Source: the human T2T-CHM13v2.0 reference genome, Homo sapiens | Reading direction: 5' to 3' (one strand) | DNA: 64,000 nucleotides | NCBI RefSeq assembly: GCF_009914755.1 | Contig: NC_060935.1 | Part shown: positions 1 to 18,448 of the stretch, one piece after another | Layout of the letters: each line of letters starts with the position of its first letter | How positions within the stretch are numbered: the first letter of the stretch is position 1 | Notes under the pieces: model-generated | The model's input: only the letters and a program-made list of their open reading frames with translations | What the model was told of the DNA's origin: nothing | Database searches by the model: none | Made by a program: the position numbers and the translations under genes

Positions 1-5328
<5,328 letters not shown>

Positions 5329-6492
5329 AATTCTTTTTATATTATCTCCATATGTGGCCATCTAATTCCTGCCACAACACCTCCACTATTGGACAACTCA
5401 TTACTTTTTCAGACTGATCATTTTATTTTTAGAAGACTTGAAATTATTGCAACTATTTTTTCAACATGTTGAGTCAAAAATCTTCCTCCCTATAACTTTT
5501 ATCCATTGGTCTTAATTTTGCCCTCTCAGGTAATAAAAAATAAGATAGCATCTGAGAGCACTTCAAGTATTTGATTATAGTTATCATTTTTCTTTTTTGG
5601 GTTTCTATATTCCTAATGCCTTATTGATTTCTTCTGAATACTATTTTGTTTTTCAATATTCTTCTGAAATAGGACCTCAAAAACAACACAATACTGTATT
5701 TTAAATATGATTTGGCCACTAGTGCTCTTAATCCGCACCCCTTACCTCACCCTCTGCTTGATAATACTTGGTATTACCTACTTGTTCAAAGGTCAGTTAA
5801 GATTAGTTGCCTAAAGGTAGGAGCTAGAATTGTAGACTGGAAGAAATTTCAAGTGTCTTATAATATATAGAACCAGTATTTTGTTTTCATTAGGACTGAT
5901 ATTTATCTTTAGGGATTCAGTTTCTGTGATGTCCCTTGAAAGCAGCATTTTGGTGAGGAATTGAAGAACAACTGATCATTGTTTTAGTCTTACCATATAA
6001 TAACTTTTTATTGATCTGTCCCTATTCAGTTTGCTACTGTTTTCTAGCATGGTTTATTCCAGCTTTTTGTTTCTCACTGAATCTTTTACTATCTTATTTC
6101 TATTTTTATTCTCTCTTTACAGTGCTAGTTTTCCAGCTTTTTAAAACCATGGAAATAATTACTTTTTGTAGTAAAGCTTTAAGTAATGTGAAATAGCCTG
6201 CTAAATTCTTGTAATCTACCATTGAAAAAACTAGTATTTCAGTCAGACACTTTTGCCTGCAAGAACTCAGGCTAACCCAAACAAGGGGAAAGTTTATTTG
6301 AAGAATACACATGGGTTAATAAGGGAAGAATCAGAATCTCACACAAATCCAAACTCCTTTGAGGAATGCAACTGGAGAGTTTTTCTGGATGTGAGTTTTT
6401 CTGGATGTGAGCTCCAGTGACCCCAAGAGCATGAGATATTTGATCTTCACACTAATATTTAATCAGTAGCTTGATTGATTCAGTTCTTCTCA

Positions 6493-6603
6493 TAGGGTGA
6501 CCAACCTTCCCTATTGGTCTAAGATCGAGGGGTTTCCAGGACATGGGACTTTCAGTGCTAAAACTGAGACAGTTCTAGGTAAACTAGTATAGTTGGTCAC
6601 CTT
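6493..6603. mobile_element. MER81-like hAT-Blackjack MITE
   Basis: TAGGGTGACCAAC...GTTGGTCACCTT terminal inverted repeats, about 110 bp, internal GGGACTTTCAGTGCTAAAAC. Confidence 0.75.
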
Positions 6604-7722
6604 GTTTCTACATGTATGCTTCCCTCTTATTTTCTCATTTCTCTACCATTAACTGGTATTGTCATCTCCTCATCACAGCTTCATAACTTTGGTATACTTG
6701 AGGACCCGTTAGCCTCTTTTTTCCAGTTTAGGACCTTTTATGTTCAAGTCCTCTCTCTAACTTTTCTCTGGATATTTCCTAGTTTATTATCTGAGGTAAG
6801 GAATATTTATTGGCCCAGCTTGCCTTTTTGCATTAGGTCTACATTACTGGCCATCTTATAGATTGATAGCAATTGTGACAAAAGAAAGATAATGCAACTC
6901 GCTGCATTGCACTGGGATTCATGGGCTATAAAAAGTGGCTCATGTGAGTTCAACTTTTAATGTATGGTATTTTCTGGCCACTGAAAAGTCTAACACATTT
7001 AAAAATCAGTATGATATCATTTGCAAATAAACTACATTATACTTGAATAGAATTCAACTTTGATTAGATTTTTATGGCCTTAACAATACACTTTACATTG
7101 GTATTAGTCCTCCATGATAATAAAGTAGGTAAAATTCTATAAATATTAGATCTCATCTATACTCTTTTCCCATGACCTACATAGTATTACTAATTGTTTT
7201 GTTTATACAGTTACATGTAAATTCTATCTTATTCTTGATTGGCTAAAAAATTACACAAACAAGTTAAAAAGAACTGAAGAAAATATGAACAGTGTCCTAG
7301 TTAGATATCTATATTTCTCAAATTTTATCCTTCATATTTGCTTGATGCTTTAAATTTTACTATCTAATCATAGTTTGCTTTAGATTTTAAGATTTAAATC
7401 TCAAAATTTATATATTACAATTTTCGTTTTGTTACAAAGAAGTGCTTTTGCTAATTGTTAAAGTTATGTTTCTGTGTGCAAAATAGACATTTTTTTTGGT
7501 GTGCAGAAGACATTGCATCAAGGCCTATTTTTATTTGACATATTACTACACAACCCTTGCTCCAGTCAGCTAAGGCTAGGGAGGAAGTTGCCTAAGGCTG
7601 CCCCTTTAATAGGGCTTGTAGGCCTGGCAGTATTCCTTAGAAGGCACTGTGATTGGTTGTCTGGTATACCTGGGATATAGTCTCTAGGGGTCAGTGCAAG
7701 CAAAGTTTTGTTGGCAATGGTT

Positions 7723-8019
7723 TGTTAGTTAGGAAAACTAACAAACAGAAAGGAATAGCATCGACATCAACAAAAAGGACATCCACACCAAAACCCCATC
7801 TGTAGGTCACCATCATCAAAGACCAAAGGTAGATAAAACCACAAAGATGTGGAGAAACCAGAGCAGAAAAGCTGAAAATTCTAAAAACCAGGGCATCTCT
7901 TCTCCAAAGGGTCACAGCTCCTCGCCAGCAACAGAACAAAGCTGGATGGAGAATGACTTTGATGAGTTGACAGAAGTAGGCTTCAGAAGGTCGGTAATAA
8001 CAAACTGCTCCAAGCTAAA
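7723..8019 (+). mobile_element. Isolated internal L1PA fragment (end of 5' UTR plus start of ORF1)
   Basis: Inverted match to 4114..4412; no 3' end or poly(A). Confidence 0.9.
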
Positions 8020-9080
8020 ATTTAGGCCCATGTTCTGTAGGATATTCCTGAGGTCTGATATATGTACATATGTATTTATATATGCAATATGAGAACCAAA
8101 AATGCATTTATATGTTTATGTTGTTCATGAGAGGAAGCTTTTTGAGGGATATTGTCTGGGATTTTTTTTTCTCATTTTTTACACTGAGTTTTATTGAAAG
8201 TATATATGTACATAGTTCGAACAAGTAAAGTAAATAGTTGCATGCATTGTTATTAAAAAAGATAAGTACTTTGCACATTTCCTCATCTTCCTCAGAAGCA
8301 ACTATTTGCATTCTTTTAGTTTTGTCTTTTGGTGTTAATATTCATATTTCTGAGCAACATGCTAGTAATACTCCTTCTTAATTAAAAAAAATTTAGGCAT
8401 TTTTTATTGATTTACCACTAGGAAGGATGAGGATTTATTCCTCTTTCTCTCCCCTGCCACCACTACACGTGCACTCTTTCCACTCCCGTCCTCTCTTTAT
8501 AGTTATATTGTAATTTTGCTTAGATCTATATTAAACATTTATGTTGTTATGACTATATAAACATTAGTCACAGCTGATCTATGAGTAAACTATGATTATG
8601 TTTCCGTCTATGTATGGCTTTTTGTTTTATCTGGAGTTATATTGATTTTTCATTTGCTAGGTTTTCTATTTATCTAATTATTTATCTAATTATGAGTAAT
8701 TCATCTTCATCAGGGAATCTAAGCCTTAGAGATTTAATCGTAGTCTGTTAATAACAGTTAACTACAAAAGAATCAATAGTGTGCCTAAGGTTCTAGATAG
8801 AAAAGACTTTTGGTCAAATTTTATGTTTTGAGTATTTACACACATACAACACATGCACATATGCATATGTACATTTAAACATATATGTAAGTATACATAC
8901 AAATGTATATATATACCACAAACATTCACACAATTACATATATATGTAATGACCAACATCATCTTGCAGAGAAATGTGCTTATCTACTTGTTTATTTGAA
9001 TTATTGCATAATTTAATTTATAATATCCCCCTGGGTTCTATGTTTTTGTTAAATTGCTTGTTAACATTAACTTTAGTCTT

Positions 9081-9575
9081 TGTATTAGTTTCTGGTGGCT
9101 GCTGTAACACATTACCTCAAAGTTAATAACTTAAAAAATTACAGAAATTTATTATCTCTCAGTTCTGGAGGCCAGAAGTCCAGAATCCACTTCACTAAAC
9201 CAAAACGAAGGTGTCCTCAGGGCTGTGCTCCATCCTCAGGTTCTAGGGGAAAGTTTGTTTCTTGACATTTCCAGCTTTTGGTGTCTGCTGGCATTCCTTT
9301 TCTTGTGGCTGCATCACATCAATTTCTGCATGCCATTTTCACATCACCTCCTTTTCTGTATGTTGAATCTTCCTCTACCTCTCTCGTAAGGACACTTTTG
9401 ATGGCATTTAGGACCCATATGGATAATCCAGGATTATCTTCTCAATGTCCTTAAGATCTCAAGATCCTTAACTTAATCACATTTGCAAAGGCCCTTTTTT
9501 CTTATAAAGTAATATTTACAGGTTCTAGGGATTAACACCTGGTATCTTTGGGTGGCCATTATTCACCCAATGACA
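9081..9575 (-). mobile_element. MaLR solo LTR (MLT1C/D-like)
   Basis: TGTATTAGTT...GCTGCTGTAAC start, CAGTTCTGGAGGCCAGAAGTCC, CA end; 5-bp flanks gtctt/gtcct. Confidence 0.8.
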
Positions 9576-10154
9576 GTCCTCAAAGCATGTCATTGAAAAA
9601 GCCTTTCCAAGATTGAGGCTTGGTGAAGGGTTATGGTAACTACAGAGAAACAGAAGAAAAATAATGTATATTCTAGCTTTTGGAGCAGTTGAAATATCCT
9701 GCTTAAGGGCCTATAATCAATGTGACTCTAATAGAGGTTTGGACTTGATGGGAAATGAAAATTCTGAATCCCTATTTCAAATTTGTTACAATGGGGATTT
9801 TTGAATCCTTGGTCACATGGTGCAGGGTAATAACACCTACCTTAAGTGTCAATGAATAAAAGGAGGCATAGTCATGGGGCTATTTTTTTTTTTTTATAAT
9901 TTTAACTACACATATCTCTTTTTGCATTGTGAACAGCTCTATCTTGATTCCCTTTGGCCACTCCGCAGCTGACCAAATCTAGAAGTCTTCCGCTTGGCAA
10001 AACAAAGAGTAGTATGTTTCAATCTGATTTCTCTGGACAGAGTTATAGACCTCTGAAAACAAGCTTAAATAGAGGTGATGTGCTGTAAAAAAATCTGGGC
10101 TGGTAGAGTAGAGTGTTTTCATCCTTAGGTAATTATTAATAAAGCCATAAAGTT

Positions 10155-10345
10155 TATTTTATTTTTTTTTAAGACAGAGTCTTGCTCTGTCGTCCAGGTT
10201 AGGGTGCGGTGGCGCAATCTTGGCTCACTGCAGCCTTGAACTCCAGGCTCAAGCAATCCTTCCACCTCTCCTACCTCAGCCTCTTGAGTAACAGACTACA
10301 GGCGTGTGCCACTACGGCAAATTTTTTTTGTATTTTCTGTAGAGA
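10155..10345 (-). mobile_element. Partial AluJ-like element
   Basis: T-rich tail, agacagagtcttgctctgtc, ggctcaagcaatcct. Confidence 0.8.
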
Positions 10346-10488
10346 AGTCATAACCATCATTTCTCTTCAAGGGATAATTGATATTATTAAACTTCCAATG
10401 AGTGGATTAGTAGCGATCTTGGCTTTGCCATAATTTTACTGACTAGTACAGGATATACTTTTCCTCCACGTGATACACTGCTTATCTT

Positions 10489-10809
<321 letters not shown>

Positions 10810-11624
10810 TACAGTGCTTATCTTAAAAATGATATATGTTTTATTTGTTTCCCTAATGAGATATTCTTTGCAAATTTGTGAGATATAAAATAGGCTGTGC
10901 TTCTCTGAAAAAGAAATCAAAATAGCCGCATACTGAAATTTCTGGAGATAAGGAATGAACACGAAATCAACATTTAATATTAGTAGTCATTTATTAGGTG
11001 TTACTTAAAGTAGTTGAAACAAATTGGTTCTTTTGAAATGTTTGAATTTGTGTTCTAAGTTAATTTAGGAAGGCTTCTTGGAGGAAGAGGAAGGGAGATT
11101 CAAGAAAAGACTTTAAGTAGCTATGGTCTTCAAATGTTGAGGGTGGTGAAAGGAGTCATGTAAATTGGGGATAAAAGGGCTTTAAGGAAACTAGGAATAG
11201 AGTCCTAGCAAGCAGTGATGAAAGCAATTAAGCATATATGGAGCACTTGAAGAAATAACTCCTTATTGACAAAGGTGGATAGAAGGTAAGGAATGTGTCT
11301 GGTCAGTGATCTCCAAGTGTATTAATTCAGACTTTAGGTTTTCATATTTTTGTGTACATGCTTTATATAAAGTATACATTATTTCTTAAAAAACAGTTTG
11401 AGTAACCGCCCTTAAACCAAGTTACAAAGTACAATCTCTAGAATAATGACAATAATGTTGTACCACACTATCAGCACATCAAAGTCTCCTTTGCAAGTAA
11501 TCCTGTTGTCTTAGATCTGGCATTTTTTAATAATAGGGACCTGTTTTCCTGTTGGAACACTTAGTGCATTTGGAATTAAAACTTATCCTGCTTTTGTTTG
11601 CTTTCTTCCCCCTTTCCCTGGCAG

Positions 11625-11738
11625 CTTAGTGAAACTATGAAACAGGCACGTCACCGGCTAGCATCCTTTAAAACCGTGATTAAAAAAAAGGGATCAGTGT
11701 TTCCAGATGATGGAAGGAAAAGCTTTCTTACCAGAGAG
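11625..11738 (+). CDS. CCDC15: CCDC15 coding exon (probably exon 5), 114 nt, phase 0-0, LSETMKQARHRLASFKTVIKKKGSVFPDDGRKSFLTRE
   Basis: Pyrimidine tract and CAG acceptor ending 11624; GAG/GTAAAT donor at 11739; open frame; peptide recognised as human CCDC15. Confidence 0.93.
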
Positions 11739-14006
11739 GTAAATTAATTTCTAATACATGATTTAAAAAAATACAGGTAAAAAATACAGATAAAGATTTA
11801 CTTATATCTCAGCATAATTTAGAACTGTAAAATAATTGGAAATAGCCTTAAATACCCAATAGTAGGGGATGCTTGAGTAAATTGTGACATATCCATATGC
11901 AGCCATTCTAAAAAATATTTTCAAAGAATATCTGAAGATAAGGGAAAGTGTCTGTGATATAAAGTTAAGAAAAAAGTTGGATATGAAATTAAGTATGATA
12001 TGATCTTAATTAAAATATATGTATATGTATTCAACAAATACTTATGGAATGTCTGTGATTGCCAGCATTGTTCTAGAAACAGGACTTATAGTGGTGAAAA
12101 GACAGACAAAGATCCCTCAAGGAGCTTCTGTGCTAGTAGGGAAGCATATAATAAACAAGCAAATAAATATAGAATATAATTTCAAGTGATAAGTGCTATG
12201 AAGAGAAATACAGCAAAATAAAAAGATGGAAAGAGTTCCATGTGCATAGACAAAAGCCTAGGTACAAATGGCACAAGAGGCTAATACTGATTATTTCTGG
12301 GTAGTAGTATTACAGGTGATTTTCTTCTGTTTTTTATTTTTAAAAATTGTCATAAAGTATGTCACTTTCTAATCAGGAAAAAATTGAAACTTAATTTTTA
12401 AAAAGAAAAATTCTTTTGATTCAAAACTTAAGTGAGAGTGTGGAGCTAGGCTTAGGAGGATATGTAAGTCTATACTTATAAAATGACATTGTTTTGGTGC
12501 CTACCTCAGAATTCACAAATTTGGATCCTAAATTTATGTGTTTTCCTGTGTGTACTTAATTTTGGCATTAATGTTTTATAGGCAGCATCTAGTAAAATAG
12601 ACCATTAATTTATTTTTTAATAAATTATGTTTTTTTGCCAATAAATATGTTATTTTTTTGCCATCATCAACTGCCTCATTTAGTTCTTTCCCAGTTTTAC
12701 TTCCTAATTAGTATACTCTTATATTTTCCTGGAATATGCATATAATATATATAATATATAAATATATAGATATATAATTTTGTATTTTTTTCCATATCTT
12801 GACCCAACCATTAAAAATGTTTGTCTCATATATGTTGGCAATTGGTTGAATACTAAACTGTAATGTTTTTCTCTTTAATTACAACTAAGAAATTTATAGT
12901 TAAATTTAAAAAACAAGTGGGCGTGGATATGTGTCCATGTATGGCAACACATCCCACGTGCGTTTATATGGTTGTCTTTTTCTAGCATTGCCTTGTGGCT
13001 CCTCAGAGTTTCTTTTGTACCTAAATTATTTTCAGATGTTGGTTTCTTGACAGTTTTCATACCTATCGTGGTTTGGTAGTACTATAGTTTGGGCCATTAG
13101 ACTGACTCCAGGGTACTGTTAGATGAGGTGATTAGACACTTTCTACTAAATCAGAAAAAAAAACACAGTTATCAGATCTTAGAGATGGATATTTATATTG
13201 CTTGGAACATGCTCAGACCTTTCAACTGGTGTTTTTCCAGAAAGTGTACTATTCACAGTTCTGATTGAAATAATTATCCAATAGACGGGAGGATTAAGTC
13301 TGAGATAACATCTTTGTATAAACCAGTTTTTTACGTCAGAGGTGCCATTTAAGTGTAATTCATTATTGTTATGGTGATAATGATGAATTCAGGCTACCTA
13401 CTTGCTTCCAAAGAAAGCATATATGTTTTTCAGGTAAAAATATGAAAAACAAATCTACTCAATACAATTGGGAATGATCTAAGAAATTGGTGAAATTTTT
13501 CTTATTACTTGTATCAAGCTTTCCCTCAAATCTCAACAATTTTCTACCTTCTTAGTTGTGTGAAGTGGGAATTTGCAAATCAGAAAGAACAATCTATGAT
13601 TGAGTTGAACCCTGGTTTTATTTCATTATTAGTCTTTAGTGACATTAGAATCTGTCTGGTTGTTATTGATCCGGATTTGGAGATACAAGTGGAACACATA
13701 CTTGCTTGTACTCTGGCAGGTTGCCAAGACTAAAATCATGAGTCTTCTGAAATTGTTACTGGCTAGAATAGGTGCAAGTTGTCATTTATAAAGTTAATAT
13801 ATTCTCCTGTTTTATTCCATATGGTTTTATATGTGAGCGCTTTGTTTGTACATATGAAGTAGAACTCATGTTTTTTCCCTTTACTGTGTATTAGACTACC
13901 AAAACCTACTAAGATAATTTTAGATCTTTCACAGAAACTCAACTTAGTCTCATGAATATGTTGCTTCCTCTAGACCTATTTATATTTGTAGTAATTTTTT
14001 TTCCAG

Positions 14007-14129
14007 GAAGTGCTTTCCAGGAAACCAGCATCCACTGGGATAAATACAGGAATAAGAGGAGAGTTGCCCATTAAGGTCCATCAAGGTCTTTTAGCTGCTG
14101 TACCTTACCAGAATTATATGGAAAATCAG
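14007..14129 (+). CDS. CCDC15: CCDC15 coding exon (probably exon 6), 123 nt, EVLSRKPASTGINTGIRGELPIKVHQGLLAAVPYQNYMENQ
   Basis: tttttttccAG acceptor, CAG/GTAGGG donor, 41 open codons, matches recalled CCDC15 protein. Confidence 0.93.
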
Positions 14130-14221
14130 GTAGGGAAATATAAAAAGTAGAGGGGAAAGACATTGGCTTATTAGAAGTATCCACAGCTAACTAAGGATGG
14201 GATAAAGGGTTAAGATATCCA

Positions 14222-14365
14222 GTATTTTTTTTAACGGACTTTATTGAGATATAATTCATATACCATACAATTCACCCATTTAAAGTGTACAATTCATTGG
14301 TTTTTAGCACTCACAGTTTGCACAGGGTTGTGCAACTGTTACCACAATCTAATTTAGAGCATTTT
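14222..14365 (-). mobile_element. Old L1M (L1MB-like) 3' end, continues at 21500
   Basis: ctttattgagatataattcatataccatacaattcacccatttaaagtgtacaattca, a typical L1MB 3' terminus. Confidence 0.75.
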
Positions 14366-17300
14366 ATTTTTAATTTTTTAATTAATTTTTTAAAATAACT
14401 TTTATTTTAGGTTCAAGGATACATGTGTAGATTTGTCATATGGGTAAATTGCATGTTACAGGGGTTTGGTGTACAGATTACTTCGTCACGTGACTTTACC
14501 TAATAGGTAGTTTTCCCATCCTCACCCTCCTTTCACCCTCCACCCTCAAGTAGGCCCTGGTGTCTGTTGTTTCCTTCTTTGTGTTCATATGTACTGAATG
14601 TTTAGCTCCCGCTTGTAAGTTAGAACATGTGGTATTTGGTGTTCTGTTCATGAATTAGTTTGCAGTTTGCTTAGGATAATGGCCTCTAGTTTCATACATG
14701 TTGATGCAAAGGACATGATCTCATTCATTTTTATGGCTGCATAGTATTCCATGGTGTATGTGTACCACATTTTCTTTATCCAGTCTGCTGTTGATGGGCA
14801 TTTAGGTTGATTCTGTGTCTTTGCTATTGTTAATAGTGCTGTGATGAAAATATGTGTGCATGTATCTTTAAGGCAGAGCAATTTATATTCCTCTGGGTAT
14901 ATACCAGATAATGGGATTGCTGGGTTGAATGGTAATTCTGTTTTAAGTTCTTTGAAAAATCACCAAACTGCTTTCCACAATGGCCGAACTAATTTACATT
15001 CCCCTTAGTGGTGTATAAGCATTCCTTTTTGTCCACAGCCGTGTCAGCATCTGTAATCTTTTGGCTTTTTCTGACTGGTGTGAGATGGTATCTTGTGGTT
15101 TTGATTTGCATTTCTCTAATGAGTGGTCCTTGGCCATGTGTATGTCTTCTTTTGAAGTGTCTGTTAATATCCTTTGCCCTCTTTTATGGAGTTTTTTGCT
15201 TGTAAATTTGTTTAATTCCTTGTATTCTGGATATCAGACCTTTCTTTGATGCATATTTTTTCCCATTCTGTAGGTTGTGTGTTTACTCTGTTGATGGTTG
15301 CTTTTGCTGTGCAGAAGCTCTTCAGTTTGATTAGATCCCATTTGTCATTTTTTTTTTGTTGCAGTTGCTTTTGGCATCTTCATCATGAAATCTTTGCCTG
15401 TTTCTATGTCCAGATTGATATTTCCTATGTTATCTTCTAGTGTTTTTTATGCTTTTAGGTTTTACATTTAAGTCTTTAATTCATCTTGAGTTGATTTTTA
15501 TATATGGCATAAGGAATGAGTCCAGTTTCAATCTTCTGCATATAGCTAGCCAAATATATCCCAGTACCACTGAATTGGGATTCCTTTCCCCATTGCTTGT
15601 TTTTGTCAGTTTTGCTGATGATCAGATTGTTGTAGGTGTGCAGCATTATTTCTGGGCTCTCTATCTGTTCCATTGGTCCATGTATCTGTTTTTGTACTGA
15701 TACCATGTTTTGGTTACTGTAGCCTTGTAGTGTAGTTTGAAGTAGGGTAATGTGATTCCTCCAGCTTTGCTCTTTTTCTTAGAATTGCCTTGGCTATTCA
15801 GGCTCTTTTTTGTTTTCATATGAATTTTCAAATAGTTTCTATGAAGAATGTCATTGGTAGTTTGATAGGAATAGCATTGAATCTGTACACTGCCTTGGGC
15901 AGTATGGCCATTTTAACTATATTGATTCTTTTTATCCATGAGCATGAAATGTTTTTCCATTTGTTTGTGTCATCTCTGATTTCTTTGAGCATTGTTTTTT
16001 AATTCTTATTGTAGAGGCCTTTCACCTCCTTAGTTAGCTGTATTCCTAGGTATTTTATTCTTTTGTGGCTATTGTGAATAGGATTGCATACTTGATTTGG
16101 CTCTTAGCTTGGGTATTGTTGGTGTATAGGAATGCTACTGATTTTGTATCCTGAAACTTTGCTGAAGTTGTTTATCAGATCATGGAGCTTTGGGCAGAGA
16201 CTATGGGGATTTCTAGGTATAGAATCATATCTTCTGCAAATAGGGATAGTTTGACTTCCTCTCTTCCTACTTGGATGTCATTTTTTTTCTTTCTCTTGCC
16301 TGATTGCTCTGGCTAGCACTTCTAGTACCATGTTGAATAGGAATGATGAGAGAGGACATCTTTGTCTTGTTCTGGTTTTCAAGGGGAATGCTTCCAGTTT
16401 TGCCTATTCAGTATGATGTTGGCTCTGGGTTTTTTGTTATAGATGGCTATTTTTATTTTGAAGTATATTCCTTCAAACAAATGCCTCGTTTGTTGAGGGT
16501 TTTTAACATGAAAGGATGTTGAATTTTATTGAAAGCCTTTTCTGCATCTCTTGAGATCATCATGTGGTTTTTGTTTTTAGTTCTGTTTATGTGGTGAATC
16601 ACAATTAATGATTTGTGTATGTTGAACCAACCTTGCATCCCAGGGATAGCTTTATTATGGTGGATTAGCTTTTTGATGCACTGCTGGATTTGGTTTGCTA
16701 GTATTTTGTTGAGGATTTTTGCATCTATGTTTATCAAGAATATTAGCCTGAAGTTTTGTTTTTTTGTTGTGTCTCTGCCAGGTTTTGGTATCAGGATGAT
16801 GCTGGCCTTATAGAATAAGTTAGGGAGGACTTCCTCCTCCTCAATCTTTTGGAATAGTTTCAGTAGAAATGATACCAGTTCTTCTTTATAACATCTGGTA
16901 GAATTCAGCTATGAATTTGTCTGGTCCTAGGCTTTTTCTGGTTGATAGGCTTTTTATTACTAATTCATTTTAAGAACGTGTTATTGGTCTATTCAGGGAT
17001 TCAGTGTTTTCCTGGTTCAATCTTGGGAGGTTGTATGTTTCCAGATATTTATCCATTTCTTCCAGATTTTCTAGCTTGTGTGCATAGAGGTGTTCATCAT
17101 AGTCTCCAAGGGTTTTTTTGTGTTTCTGTGAGGCCAGTGGTAATGTCCCCTTTGTCATTTCTGATTGTGTTTATTTGGATATTCTCTCTTTTTAATTAAT
17201 CTAGCTAGTGCTCTATCTTATTAATTCTTTCAAAAGACCAGTTCCTGGATTAATTGATTTCTTGTGTGTTTTCTGTTTCTCAGTTTTTATCAGTTCAGCC

Positions 17301-17879
17301 CTGATTTTGGTTAGTTCATGTCTTCTGCTAGCTTTGGGGCTGGTTTGTTCTTGTTTCTCTAGTTCTTCTAGTTTGATGTTAGGTTGTTAATTTGAGACCT
17401 TTCTAACTTTTTGATGTGGGTGTTTAAAACTATAAACTTCCCTCTTAACACTGCTTTGGCTGTGTCCCACAGATTCTGGTATGTTGTATCTTTTTTCTCA
17501 TTAGTTTCAAATAATTTCTTGATTTCTGCCTTAATTTCATTATTTACCTGGAAGCCATTCAGGAGCAGGTTGTTTAATTTCCATGTAAATGTATGGTTTT
17601 GAGTGATTTTCTTAGCACTGATTTCTATTTTTATTGCATTGTGATCCGAAAGCATGGTTGGTTTGATTTTTGTTTTTTTGTGTTTTTTTGAATTTGCTGA
17701 GGATTGTTTTATGGCTGATTGTGTGGTTGATTTTAGAGTGTGTGCCATGTGCAGATGAGAAGAATGTATATTCTGTTAACTTTGGGGTGGAGAGTTTTGT
17801 AGATATCTATAAGGTCCATTTAGTCAAGTGTTGAGCTCAGATCCTGAATATCTTTGTCAGTTTTCTGCCTTATGATCTC

Positions 17880-18099
17880 TTTTTCTTTTGGAGATGGAGT
17901 CTTGCTTTGTCACCCAGGCTGGAGTGTAGTGGCATGATCTTGGCTCACTGAAACCTCTGCCTCCTGGGTTCAAGTGATTCTCCTGCCTCAGCCTCCTGAG
18001 TAGCTGGGACTGCAGGCACCCACTACCACACCTGGCTAATTTTTGTATTTTTAGCAGAGACAGGGTTTTACCATATTGGCCAGTCTGGCCTTCAACTCA
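17880..18099 (-). mobile_element. 5'-truncated Alu inside the L1
   Basis: Alu right arm plus part of the left arm; flanked by tgatctcttt. Confidence 0.85.
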
Positions 18100-18170
18100 G
18101 TGATCTCTTTAATATTGTCAGGGGGCCGTTGAAATCTCCCACTATTATTGTGTGGTTATCTCAGTCTTGT

Positions 18171-18448
18171 GGGGTCTCACTCTGTCGTCCAGGCAGGAGT
18201 GCAGTGGCATGATCTCAGCTCACTGCAGCCTCTGCCTCCTGGATTCAAGTGATGCTCCCAACTCAGCCACCTGAGTAGCTGGGACTACAGATGCACAACA
18301 TCATGTGTGGCTAATTTTTGTATTCTTTGGTAGAGATGGGGTTTCTTCATGTTGGCCAGGCTGGTTTTGAACTCCTGATCTCAAGTGATCCGCCCACCTC
18401 GGCTTCCCACGGTGCTGGGATTACAGGCATGAGCCATCGCAGCTGGCC
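18171..18448 (-). mobile_element. Alu inside the L1
   Basis: gtctcactctgtc...gctgggattacaggcatgagcc. Confidence 0.85.

Noticed and set aside
6377-6408. 16-bp direct duplication GAGTTTTTCTGGATGT (and a similar 29-bp one near 46594-46650)
   Set aside because: Ordinary two-copy slippage events with no sign of function.
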